DNA of 64,000 nt from Heptranchias perlo (Eukaryota). Where the stretch lies: the NCBI RefSeq assembly GCF_035084215.1, contig NW_027139581.1, positions 3,534,001 through 3,598,000 on the forward strand, read 5' to 3'. The position numbers and the translations under genes are program-made. The notes below the pieces were generated by a model. It was not told the DNA's origin. It made no database searches and saw nothing but the letters and a program-made list of their open reading frames with translations. Positions 13,085-23,884 of this stretch are shown in pieces (within the stretch, counting starts at the first letter, position 1; each line of letters begins with the position of its first letter).

Positions 13085-14427
13085 ATGCACACATGAGGCA
13101 GATCTTGCTAGAAATCGCTCGGAGCGTCGAATCAACGGTCACCGCCGCTCCTTCGATTTAAATTAACTAAATTACTGACGGCGGGCTTTTCTGCGTCGAA
13201 TTGTTTGAATTGGACCATGAATCCAATCCTGCTCTGTCCCCCGAGCCTCTGAGCAGCGTTGGTTGCCGCGGCTGGAAATGTCTGAGAGGAGAAGACACGC
13301 CCACAAAATCTGTCAGGAAGTGAAGTCACGCCCACAGCTCCAGCCTTCATTGCTCAAAGAGGTGAGCAGACTTTTCATTGAAAGTTAGTGTTCTGCATGT
13401 AATTGTAAATTAAAAAAATAATCTTTTTATAAAAAGCCGAACTTAAATGAACCGTTTATAAAAAGCAGTGGAATCTTAAATAAACAGTCTTTAAAAAGGA
13501 GTGTAAAATAAAATGAACTGTTTTTGAAAAGGCTGTTTTTACACTGAGAAAAATGATGGAACAGCAAAAGATGAATGAGAAGAGGTGAAACAAATGTTGT
13601 GATGAAGACCTCTACACACTCCTCAATGAGGTTGAGGTGAGGCTTCGGCGGCTTCTGGGGAACGGAAGTTTCGGGCGGCACAGAAAGTTAGCGTGTTGGT
13701 GTGGAAGGAGGTGGCACAGGTTCTGAGCACGAACAGCACCGTGTCACGGAGAGCGGAACAGGGCCGCAAAAAATCAATGATTTAATGCAGTCGGCCAGGA
13801 TATATGGAGAGTTTTAGAAATTCAAAAGTTCAGATTTAAATGTGCTGAGTTTAACGAATGCATAAACACAGGTTGTTTCTGGGTGGTGTGGTCAAGGTTC
13901 AATCTAATGGCAACTGGTCGTAAAACTCAGTTGCCATTGTGGACGGGCCTCACTAAATGCTTTTCGAGATCTTTTATCCCTACTCCAGAGATTTGAGGTG
14001 TTACAATTAGTGAATTAGACCCTGTCTCCAAACCCCCAACTTATCTCTCTCACACAAACAAGCACAAACTGATTTTTATTGTTTAATGTCTTTTGGTGAG
14101 AGGTCGAAGACCGGCGGCGGTTCAGCCTTTATGAGGGAGATGACCGAGCATGAAGAAAGGGCCACTCAGCTGCAGGGCAACAATTCCAGTTTAGTGCCTG
14201 GTGTCCGATCAGACACTGGAGCGAGGAAAGGTGAGTTTGACATTCCTCTATTGGCCAGCTGCATGTTTAAAACCTGCGTGTTGTCTGAAGGATGGGAAAA
14301 GGAGATTCGAGTCTGACCATGCTCGTGCAGCGTGTGGGCGTCTGTGATGTGACCGATGAACATGCTTCACCAGTGGAACATTTTGTTCTTCCTTCCCACA
14401 GGTTCACAGCCGTCTGAGGACACTCGG

Positions 14428-14545
14428 GCTGCAGAAGGTGGTGAGTCGGCGGCGGCAGAGGGTGATGGTGTTTGTGCTGCAGAGGGTGATGGTGTTTGGG
14501 CTGCAGAGGGTGATGGTGTTTGCACTGCAGAGTGTGATGGTGTTT
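14428..14545 (+). repeat. 24-bp coding tandem repeat (AAEGDGVC), about 4-5 copies
   Basis: GCTGCAGAGGGTGATGGTGTTTG units. Confidence 0.85.
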
Positions 14546-14924
14546 CAGCTCCTGACCCCACCTGCCACCCTCAGGGTGTTGATGTGGGGGGAGCGCTTGA
14601 CCATGAGGAGCCTCACCTCACCGCCTCTCCAACTCCAGGCCCCTCTGGCTCTGTGCGAGACACACACAATCCCCCTCTCACAGGCAGCCGCCAGCTGAGT
14701 CCGACCTGTCGGGGTGTGAGGAACCGTTGGTAGTTGGGGTAGATGCACCCCAGTCCCCCGTGAGGCGAAGTAGACGTCATCCCCATCCCCCTCCTCCCCC
14801 CCCCCCCCCATGTAGATGATGAATTGGGAGAGGACATCAACGGTCAACAAGTGAGACGATTGACGGCTGATGAGAGCGACAAGTACCGTGACTGTTACGT
14901 CTCCATGAGACAGGAGATGAAGGA

Positions 14925-15656
14925 TGCTGGACAGAACATTAGCGCCAAGCTGGCCCAGACTGGACAGAACATTCGCGCCAAGCTGGCCCATACTGGACAG
15001 AACATTGCCCAGCTGGCCCAGACTGGACAGGACATTGCCCAGCTGGCCCATCTTGGACAGAACATTGCCAAGCTGGCCCATACTGGACAGAACTTTGTCC
15101 AGCTGCCCCATACTGGACAGAACATTGCCCAGCTGGCCCAGACTGGACAGAACATTGCCCAGCTGGCCCATACTGGACAGAACATTGCCCAGCTGGCCTA
15201 TACTGGACAGAACATTGCCCAGCTGACCCATACTGGACAGAACATTGCCCAGCTGGCCCATACTGGACAGAAAATTAGTGCCAAGCTGGCCCATACTGGA
15301 CAGAACATTAGCGCCAAGCTGGCCCATACTGGACAGAACATTGCCCAGATGGCCCATACTGGACAGAACATTGCCCAGCTGGCCCAGACTGGAGAGGACA
15401 TTGCCCAGCTGGCCCATATTGGACGGAACATTGCCAAGCTGGCCCACACTGGTCAGAACTTTGTCCAACTGCCCCATACGGGACAGAACATTGCCCAGCT
15501 GGCCCATACTGGACAGAACATTGCCCAGCTGACCCATATTGGGCAGAACCTTGGCCAGCTGGTCCATACTAGACAGAACATTGCCCAGCTGGCCCATACT
15601 CGACAGAACATTGCCCAGCTGGCCCACACTGGACAGAACATTGCCCAGCTGACAAA
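14925..15656 (+). repeat. 30/33-bp minisatellite, 24 in-frame units (TGQNIAQLAH)
   Basis: ACTGGACAGAACATTGCCCAGCTGGCCCAT units; 366-bp higher-order duplication. Confidence 0.97.
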
Positions 15657-17207
15657 TATTCACCAGGCTCTCGTACATTTCATGGAGTTGAATGCGAGCA
15701 CGGCTGTGCTGCACCTGAAGCCCGTGACACCCCCCGTGCCACCTCCTGCCGCAGACAGATTGCAGGCCCAAGAGCCAGGAGCTATTCCTGCACCTAACGC
15801 TGCTTTTACTCATGTCCCCGTGGAACAGCAGCACCCCAGCTCCGAACTCCCTGATTACAGCCATTTTGTAAGACACAGATTTCGTGCCCTTGGCTCAAGA
15901 GGGGCTCGATCACAGGGAGGGATGGGGGCCTGGAGGAAATAGGATGCTCCTCGAGGACAGAGTTCACCTCCTCTTGTTCAGAGTGTCACAGCGACCCTCG
16001 AGCATGCCGCAAGGGGGCGTCTGTAAATCTTATTGCTGTTTGTTCGGTTGATGTTTTGGTTGTTTGTTTTTATTCGCTTGTTGATATTTTGTCATGTGAT
16101 GAATCTCTTCTGATTGTTTGTGTGATAATTTTTGTTGCTGCTGCTGCTGCCCTTCAAACTTAATCAGAAGTCATTTGTAATTGTTCGAAGATTTTCTGAA
16201 TATAAACCATGTTAACATCACAAATGCTTTCAAACAACAAAATTAATAAGTTAACCTAATTTTTATTTAAAGTTTTGCACTACACACCTCAATGTTCACA
16301 ATAAAGTTTTGCAACAACTAAATACCTCAAAATGTTAATGTAAAGTTTTGCACTAATGTTTTGATGCTGCAATTAAGGCTCACTGTTTCACTTTCAATCT
16401 TGCTTGTCCTGTTATCTGCTTTCCTGGGAGGGGGCGGGGAGGCAATTACCCATTTTCATCGATGTCAAAAAGCATCAGCCACTGGGTGCTCTCCCGCTGC
16501 CCTGTCTCCTGCAGCCACGGTTTCCCCGGGGGTGGGGATGGGGAAACCAACAATGGCCCCAGCAACATCCGGGTTGTCATCCTGCATCTCATCCATTCCC
16601 AGAGGCATCTCGTCTTCCTGGTCAAAGGTCAGTCCTTCCCGCAGTGTAAAGTTGTGCAATGCGCATCAGACAACCACAACCCTGGACATCTTGAGAGGTG
16701 AGTACGGCAAAGTTCCCCCGACCTGTCCAAGTATCGAAAGCGTGATTTCAGCTCCACCGATTCTCCTCTCCATGACTTGGCGTGAGCACACGTGGGCACG
16801 GTTGTTCCTCTCCTGAGCTGCACTATTGGTCCTGCGGTCGGGTGTCATCAGCCACGGCTTCAGCGGTTAGCCCTTGTCACCTGATATCCATCCAGATCCA
16901 TGCTGCTCTCCGGTGAAGGTATCATTGCAAGTCTGAGTGGCGAAGGACGAAGGCATCATGGGCACTTCCCTTGTGATCTGTATTTACATTCATGATCCAC
17001 AGGTCGGCATCGCAAAGGATCCTCACATTTAACCAATTTGTGGTTGTCTGATGCGCATTGCACAACTTTACACTGCGGGAAGGACTGACCTTTGACCAGG
17101 AAGACGAGATGCCGCTGGGAATGGACCCTTCCTGTTGATTTAAGTGACAGGTGCCTCATTGGGTGCCTTCCATGTCACATGGAATCCGTCGACAGCCCCC
17201 TGCAATC

Positions 17208-17602
17208 TGGGAATCCAGCGATCCTGTGGAACGCGGTAAACCTTTCCCTTTGAGAATCCAGCGATCCTGTGGAACGCGGTACACCTCTCCCTTTGGGGAA
17301 TCCAGCGATCCAGCAGAACGCCGTAGACCTCTCCCTTTGGGGAATCCAGCGATCCTGTGGAACGCGGTTGATCTCTCCCTTTGGGGAATCCAGCGATCCT
17401 GTGGAACGCGGTACACCTCTCCCTTTGGGGAATCCAGCGATCCTGTAGAACGCCGTAGACCTCTCCCTTTGGGGAATCCAGCGATCCTGTGGAACACGGT
17501 TGATCTCTCCCTTTGGGGAATCCAGCGATCGTGTGGAACGCGGTAGACATCTCCCATTGGGGAATCCAGCGATCCTGTGGATCACGGTCGACCTCTCCCT
17601 TT
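17208..17602. repeat. 44-bp minisatellite, 9 copies, inside the transposase
   Basis: GAATCCAGCGATC at 17211, 17254, 17298, 17342 ... 17562. Confidence 0.97.
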
Positions 17603-17659
17603 ACTGCGCTGGGGACATGTCAAGTTTGATCAACTGGGAAACCGCGCGGAATATCGCGC

Positions 17660-18453
17660 CTGTGACCTCATGAATCCACTCTCGCAGGCCTCTGGGTGAT
17701 TGTGTATCTGTGACCTGATGAATACAGACTCCCGCAGGGCTCTGGATAATGGTGTGTCTGCGACCTGATGAATTCAGACTCTCACAGGGCTCTGGGTAAT
17801 GGTGTGTCTGTGACCTGATGAATTCAGACTCCCGCGGGGCTCTGGGTAATGGTGTGTCTGTGACCTGATGAATTCAGACTCTCACAGGGCTCTGGGTAAT
17901 GGTGTGTCTGTGACCTGATGAATTCAGACTCTCACAGGGCTCTGGGTAATGGTGTGTCTGTGACCTGATGAATTCAGACTCCCGCGGGGCTCTGGGTAAT
18001 GGTGTGTCTGTGACCTGATGAATTCAGACTCTCACAGGGCTCTGGGTAATGGTGTGTCTGTGACCTGATGAATTCAGACTCTCACAGGGCTCTGGGTAAT
18101 GGTGTATCTGTGACCTGATGAATTCAGACTCTCACAGGGCTCTGGGTAATGGTGTGTCTATGACCTGATGAATTCAGACTCTCACAGGGCTCTGGGTAAT
18201 GGTGTGTCTGTGACCTGATGAATTTAGACTCTCACAGGGCTCTGGGTAATGATGTGTCTATGACCTAATGAATTCAGACTCTCACAGGGCTCTGGGTAAT
18301 GGTGTGTCTGTGACCTGATGAATTCAGACTCTCACAGGGCTCTGGGTGATGTTGTGTCTGTGACCTGATGAATTCAGACTCTCACAGGGCTCTGGGAGAT
18401 GGTGTATCCGTGACCTGATGAATTCAGACTCTCACATAGCTCTGGGTGATGTT
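17660..18453. repeat. 50-bp minisatellite, about 16 copies, inside the transposase
   Basis: TGACCTGATGAATTCAGACTCTCACAGGGCTCTGGGTAATGGTGTGTCTG with exact period 50 (17711-18411). Confidence 0.97.
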
Positions 18454-18620
18454 GCACATGTCACCAGGGCCTGACTGAAATGACCCACATGCCACTGACG
18501 AGGCCCTGCAGGAAGTAGAAGGTGGCTGAAGGTCCTCTTGTAATATCTCACAGAGGCGGCCGATTGCCTCCTTACTGAAACGAAGTCTTCACACAGATAT
18601 CTCTTCCGATAATAATGTGC

Positions 18621-19745
18621 TTTCAAAAGGCTTTTGATAAAGTGCCGCATGGTAGGCTTATCATCAGGATTGCGGCCCCTGGAATAAAGAGAGCAGTAGC
18701 AACATGGATACAGAATTGACTAAGGGACAGGAAAGAGAGATAACTGGTGAATGGTTGTTTTTCACACTGGAAGGAGGTGTCCAATGGCGTTCCCCAGGGG
18801 TCGGTGCTGGGACCACTGCTTTTCTTGATATATATTAATGACTTGGACTTGGAAGTCCAGGGCACAATTTGTAAATTTGCAGGTAACACAAAACTTGAAG
18901 GAGTCGTAAAGAGTGCGGAGGATAGTGATAGACTTCAAGGGAATATGGACTGGCTGGTGGAATGGGCGGATACATGGCAGGTGAAATTTAACGCAGAATA
19001 ATACGAAGTCATACATTTTGGTCGGAAGAATGAGATGAGGCAATATAACTTAGAGGCCAAAAGTCTAAAGGGGGTGCAGGAGCAGAGAGATCTGGGGGTG
19101 TATGCGCACAAATCGTTGAAGGTGGCAGGGCAGGTTGAGAAAGTGGTTAAAAAAGCATACGGGATCTTTGGCTTTTTTAATCGAGGCACGGAGTACAAAA
19201 GTATGGAAGTCATGACAAAGCTTTATAAAACACTGGTTCGGCCTCAACTGGAGTATTGTGTCCAGTTCTGGGCACCGCACTTTAGGAAAGATGTGAAGGC
19301 CTTCGAGAGGGTGCAGAAGAGATTTATTAGAATGATTCCAGTGATGAGGGTATTTAGTTACGTGGATAGACTGGAGAAGCTGGGGTTGTTCTCCTTGGAA
19401 CAGAGACGGTTGAGGGGAGATTCGATGGAGATCATCAAAATCATGAAAGTTCTGGACAGAGTGGATAGAGAGAAACTGTTCCCATTTGCGGAAGGGACAA
19501 GAACCAGAGGACATCGATTTAAGGTGATTGGCAGAAGAACCAAAGGTGACATTAGGAAAATGCACTGCCCGAGGGGGTGGTGGCGGCAGATTCAATCATG
19601 GCTTTCAAAACGGAACAGGATATGTACTTGAAAGGAAAAAAATATCAGGGCTGCGGGGATTGGGATGAGCTGGAATGCTCTTGCATGGAGCCGGCACGGA
19701 CCGAATGGCCGAATCGCCTCCTTCCGTGCTGTCTCCTTTCCATGT
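18621..19745 (+). mobile_element. CR1 LINE RT-to-3'-end fragment
   Basis: [45 protein letters not shown]. Confidence 0.92.
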
Positions 19746-19800
19746 TTCTCTCATTCAAATGGAAGAGGAGTGACAATGAGCAGTATCAAAATGGAGCAAC

Positions 19801-19883
19801 TACCAGGAGTGGGGTTCGAACCCACGCGGGTATAAACCCATTGGATCTTAAGTCCAACGCCTTAACCACTCGGCCATCCTGGT
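19801..19883 (-). tRNA. TRL-TAA: tRNA-Leu, anticodon UAA
   Basis: ACCAGGATGGCCGAGTGGTTAAGGCGTTGGACTTAAGATCCAATGGGTTTATACCCGCGTGGGTTCGAACCCCACTCCTGGTA: acceptor stem, A/B boxes, long variable arm, TTTT ~10 nt downstream. Confidence 0.96.
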
Positions 19884-20542
19884 CTCTTCACAGTTTGGTG
19901 TGGTGTGTAATATTCTTGAGTCTCACTGCTTCATTTTCATTGTCAGTCAAAGTCCAGGATGAAATGATGTGTGGAGCGGGGAATGTGTGACAGAGAGAAA
20001 CTCTGAGAAGCGTTGAAGAAGTGACACACACGCTCAGACACATGACACACACACATACAGCCAGGTACACCTCTATGTGTGAGTGTGTGATGTGTCTGAA
20101 AGTTTGTTGAACTTTCCACGGGCCACTGTTGAAAGACGACTCACTGTTCACATTTCCATCTCTCTGTTAGTTAAGATCCAGAATAAAGTGATGTGAGGTG
20201 CGAGGAAAAGAGTGATAAAGAGAGACACTCAGAAAGAGAGAGAGACACTGGGACAGAAAGAGACTCTCTCGGTCTGTCTGAGTCTGTGTCAGTCTCTCTC
20301 CCTCCATCTGTCCAATACCCGCAGATTTGAGAATCACAGGGTCAAAGAAGGAAACAGATTGGAACACATTGAGCCTGTGTCCTGTTTCAAAACCGACTCC
20401 CAGGAAAACGGCTCCGGTAGAATCGTTAAATGGTCAAAGTTTTTCCGGCGAGTTTGACCTCCTCCCTGAGATGGGGAGACACGGGGACGTGGGGCGATTA
20501 AAAGGCTTCAGAAAAATCATTTCGAATTGGATATTCTCCATC

Positions 20543-20591
20543 GTGGTGAGATATCCCTCCTTATCCAGGGATTTAGCTCCCCGACGGGGAG
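20543..20591 (+). pseudogene. tRNA-Asp remnant
   Basis: GTGGTGAG.TATCCC..TCCCCGACGGGGAG matches parts of vertebrate tRNA-Asp(GUC); T5 run follows; internal deletion. Confidence 0.55.
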
Positions 20592-21091
20592 GGAACATTT
20601 TTAAGAGGCCGACTACAATTTTTAATCCTTTGCCTCGCTTCTTCTTCAAAAACGACAGAGAGAAATAGAGCAGAAAAAGAATGAAACAGGTGATTATCAT
20701 TTTCAGAATATTATTGAGCGGCGACTGTTTGGGGACTGAATTCTTGGGGCCCGTCTGTTGCAGAGCACAAATGTGTTCCGAACTGTTTCCTTCTTGGACC
20801 CTGTGATTCTCAGAGAGAGACAGAGGGAGAGAGAGAGAGAGAGAAAGGGGGAGAGAGAGAGACAGAGAGAGAGAGACAAAGACTGATCCTGAGAGATTTA
20901 ACGATTAAGCCTCTGTTTGCAATGTACCTGTATGTGTGTGTCTCACTTTTTCTAACGTTTTCTGAGTGAGTCTCTGTTTCTCTGTCTTTCTCTCTCTGTC
21001 ACTCTCTCCCGCTCTCCCCACATCACTTTATTCTCGACCTTGACGAACAGAAAGATGGAAATGTGAAAGGTGAGTTTTCTTTTAACAGTGG

Positions 21092-21127
21092 CCCGTGGAA
21101 ACCAGGGTTCAATTTCCCGTCTGGGAG
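21092..21127 (+). pseudogene. tRNA-Asp 3'-half remnant
   Basis: GGAAACCAGGGTTCAATTTCCCGTCTGGGAG; 3' flank shared with the copy at 21528-21591. Confidence 0.5.
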
Positions 21128-21527
21128 GTTACAGTTTTATTGCCTTTAAAAGCTTCACTTTCATTCCTCTTGCAATTTATCTCCAAGAGGAGGTTTACCA
21201 GAAAGATCCCACATACAACAATGAAATGGATGGCCAGTTAATCTGCGTTTTGGTGGTGTTAGTTGAGGGAGGAATGATAATTTCCTTAATAATGGATTCT
21301 AGCATTTTCATTTTAGACACACACATACACAGCCAGGTACACACGCAGACACTGATATACAAACAGATACACACACAAAGGTACACACACAGAGAGACAG
21401 ACACGTACGTGTAGATTGAAAAACAGAGATGAAAGGTCATCAAATAAATGGTTAAAATAGATTCACTGAACTTTCAAGCGTGTCTAACGCCATCTTGGGT
21501 GAGTGTCCATTATGGATTTGTACCGAT

Positions 21528-21591
21528 TCCTCGGTCGTCTATATCCCCGCTTATCACGAGGGAAACCTGGGTTCAATTTTTCGACGGGGAG
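21528..21591 (+). pseudogene. tRNA-Asp pseudogene
   Basis: TCCTCG..TATCCCCGCTTATCACGAGGGAAACCTGGGTTCAATTTTTCGACGGGGAG; D-arm deleted, anticodon mutated to ATC. Confidence 0.7.
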
Positions 21592-21725
21592 GTTATAAAT
21601 GTGCTGCCTTTAAAAGCTTCACGTTCATTTCTCTTGCAGTTTTCTGAGTGCTTCTCTCTCGTTCTCGCTGTCACTCATTCCCCCGCTCCCAACAGTGTTT
21701 TACTCAGGACCTCTGACTCACAAAG

Positions 21726-22661
21726 TAGGTTAGTAAGTTTGCAGATGACACCAAGATTGGTGGCATTGTGGACAGTGAAGAAGGTTATCTAGAATTGCAA
21801 CGGGATCTTGATAAATTGGGCCAGTGGGCCGATGAATGGCAGATGGAGTTTAATTTAGATAAATGTGAGGTGATGCATTTTGGTAGATCGAATCGGGCCA
21901 GGACCTACTCCGTTAATGGTAGGGCGTTGGGGAGAGTTATAGAACAAAGAGATCTAGGAGTACAGGTTCATAGCTCTTGGAAGTGGAGTCACAGGTGGAT
22001 AGGGTGGTGAAGAAGGCATTCGGCATGCTTGGTTTCATTGGTCAGAACATTGAATGCAGGAGTTGGGATGTCTTGTTGAAGTTGTACAGGGCATTGGTGA
22101 GGCCACACTTGGAATACTGTGTACAGTTCTGGTCACCCTATTATAGAAAGGATATTATTAAACTAGAAAGAGTGCAGAAAAGATTTACGAGGATGCTACC
22201 GGGACTTGATGGTTGACTTATAGGGAGAGGTTAGACAGACTGGGACTTTTTTCCCTGGAGAGTAAGAGGTTAAGGGGTGATCTTATAGAAGTCTATAAAA
22301 TAATGAGGGTCATAGATAAGGTAGATAGTCAAAATCTTTTCCCAAAGGTAGGGGAGTCGACAACGAGGGGGCTTAGATTTAAGGTGAGAGGGGAGAGATA
22401 CAAAAGGGTCCAGAGGGGCAATTTTTTCACTCAAAGGGTGGTGAGTGTCTGGAACGAGCTGCCAGAGGCAGTAGTAGAGGCGGGTACAATTTTGTCTTTT
22501 AAAAAGCATTTGGACAGTTACATGGGTAACATGGGTATAGACGGATATGGGCCAAGTGCAGGCAATTGGGACTAGCTTAGTGGTATAAACTGGGCGACAT
22601 GGACATGTTGGGCCGAAGGGCCTGTTTCCATGTTGTAACTTCTATGATTCTATGATTCTAT
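21726..22661 (+). mobile_element. Relatively young 5'-truncated CR1 LINE
   Basis: [40 protein letters not shown]; (CTATGATT)n tail. Confidence 0.93.
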
Positions 22662-22909
22662 AAAGTGATGGAAAATGACACAGAGCCGCAGAACTGGTCC
22701 AGTTATCAGCCGTCGCTCAGTGGGCAGCACTCTCGGCAGCGAGCACACAATCTGCTCAAAGAAGGCTTGTCTTTCACATTTCTATCTCTTTGTCAGTAAA
22801 GATGAAATGATGTGCGGAGCGGGGGAAAGAGTGACAGAGAGAAAGAAAGAGAGAGAGACACTCTGAAAAGCTTTGAAGAAGTGAGACACACCCAGATAGA
22901 CACACAGCC

Positions 22910-23845
22910 ATCATAGAATCTTAGAAAATTTGCGGCACAGAAGGAGGCCATTCGGCCCATCGTGTCCGCGCCATCTGAGAAATGAGCAACCCAGCCGAAT
23001 CCAACTTTCCCGCATTTGGCCGGTAGCCCTGCAGGTCACGGCTCTTCAGGTGCGCATTCAGGTATTTTTAAAAATGAGTTGAGGGTTTCTGCCTCTATCA
23101 CCCTCCAAGGCAGTGAGTTCCAGATCCCCACCACATTCTGGGTGAAAAAATGTTTCTACATTTCCGCTAATCCTTCTACCAATCACTTTAAATCTCTGCT
23201 GCCTTGTTATTGAAGCCTCCGCTAAGGGAAATAGGTCCTTCCTATCCACTCTATCTAGGTCCCTCATAATTTTGTACACCTCAATCAAATCACCCCTCAG
23301 CCTCCTCTGTTCCAAGGAAAACAACTCCAAACTATTCAATCTGTCTTCATAGCTAAAATGCTCTAGTCCAGGCAGCATCCTAATAAATCTCCTCTGCACC
23401 CTGTCTATTGTAATTACATCCTTCCTTTAATGTGGTGACCAGAACTGTGCTCAGTACTCAAGCTGTGGCCTAACTCGTATTTTATACAGTTCTGGCATAA
23501 CCTCCCTGCTTTTATATTCTATGCCTCGGCTAATAAATTGTAAACAATTTTACAACACCAAGTTATAGTCCAGCAATTTTATTTTAAATTCACAAGCTTT
23601 CGGCTAATAAAGGAAAGTATCCCGTCTGCCTTCTTAACCACCTTATCTACCTGTCCTGCTATCTTCAGGAATCGGTGGACATGCACTTCAAAGTCCCTCA
23701 ATTCCTCTACACCTTTCAGTATCCTCCCATTTATTGTGTATTCCCTTGCCTTGTTTGCTTTCCCCAATTGCATTACCTTTACACTTCCCTGGATTGAGCT
23801 CCATTTGCCACTTATCTGCCCATCTGACCAGTCCATTGATATCTT
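22910..23845 (-). mobile_element. CR1 LINE 3' fragment carrying a 62-bp secondary insertion
   Basis: QRRFIRMLPGLEHFSYEDRL; ATTCTATGAT tail. Confidence 0.9.
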
Positions 23846-23884
23846 CCTGCTTTCGTTTTCCAAACTTCACTGGATACAACCATA

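Larger units (their letters stand above)
13553..15942 (+). pseudogene. Harbinger Myb/SANT-like DNA-binding protein gene, multi-exon, disrupted
   Basis: MMEQQKMNEKR*..DEDLYTLLNEVEVR..VWKEVAQVLSTNSTVSRRAEQGRKK(fs)NDLMQSAR; RSKTGGGS motif at ~14101; GTGAGT donor ~14231, CCCACAG acceptor ~14401; stop codon and frameshifts. Confidence 0.75.
13097..18620. mobile_element. PIF/Harbinger DNA transposon, decayed autonomous two-gene element
   Basis: Convergent Myb/SANT-like gene (+) and HARBI1-like DDE transposase (-); right end cut by a CR1; left boundary approximate. Confidence 0.85.
16370..18620 (-). pseudogene. HARBI1-like Harbinger transposase pseudogene (DDE_Tnp_4 type)
   Basis: LSEE..RLRFSKEAIGRLCEILQEDLQP; FQSGPGDMCNITQS; FHRIAGFPRLQGAVDGFHV; INRKG..LNVRILCD; GSAHDAFVLRHS; WISGDKG*PLKPWLMTP; RNNRAH..MERRIG..LKSRFRYLDRSG; ALHNF. 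Confidence 0.9.

Noticed and set aside
14545-15876. 443-aa minus-strand ORF (SSMGQLGNVL repeats)
   Set aside because: Antisense shadow of the 30-bp minisatellite; the flanking homology supports the plus-strand Myb/SANT gene
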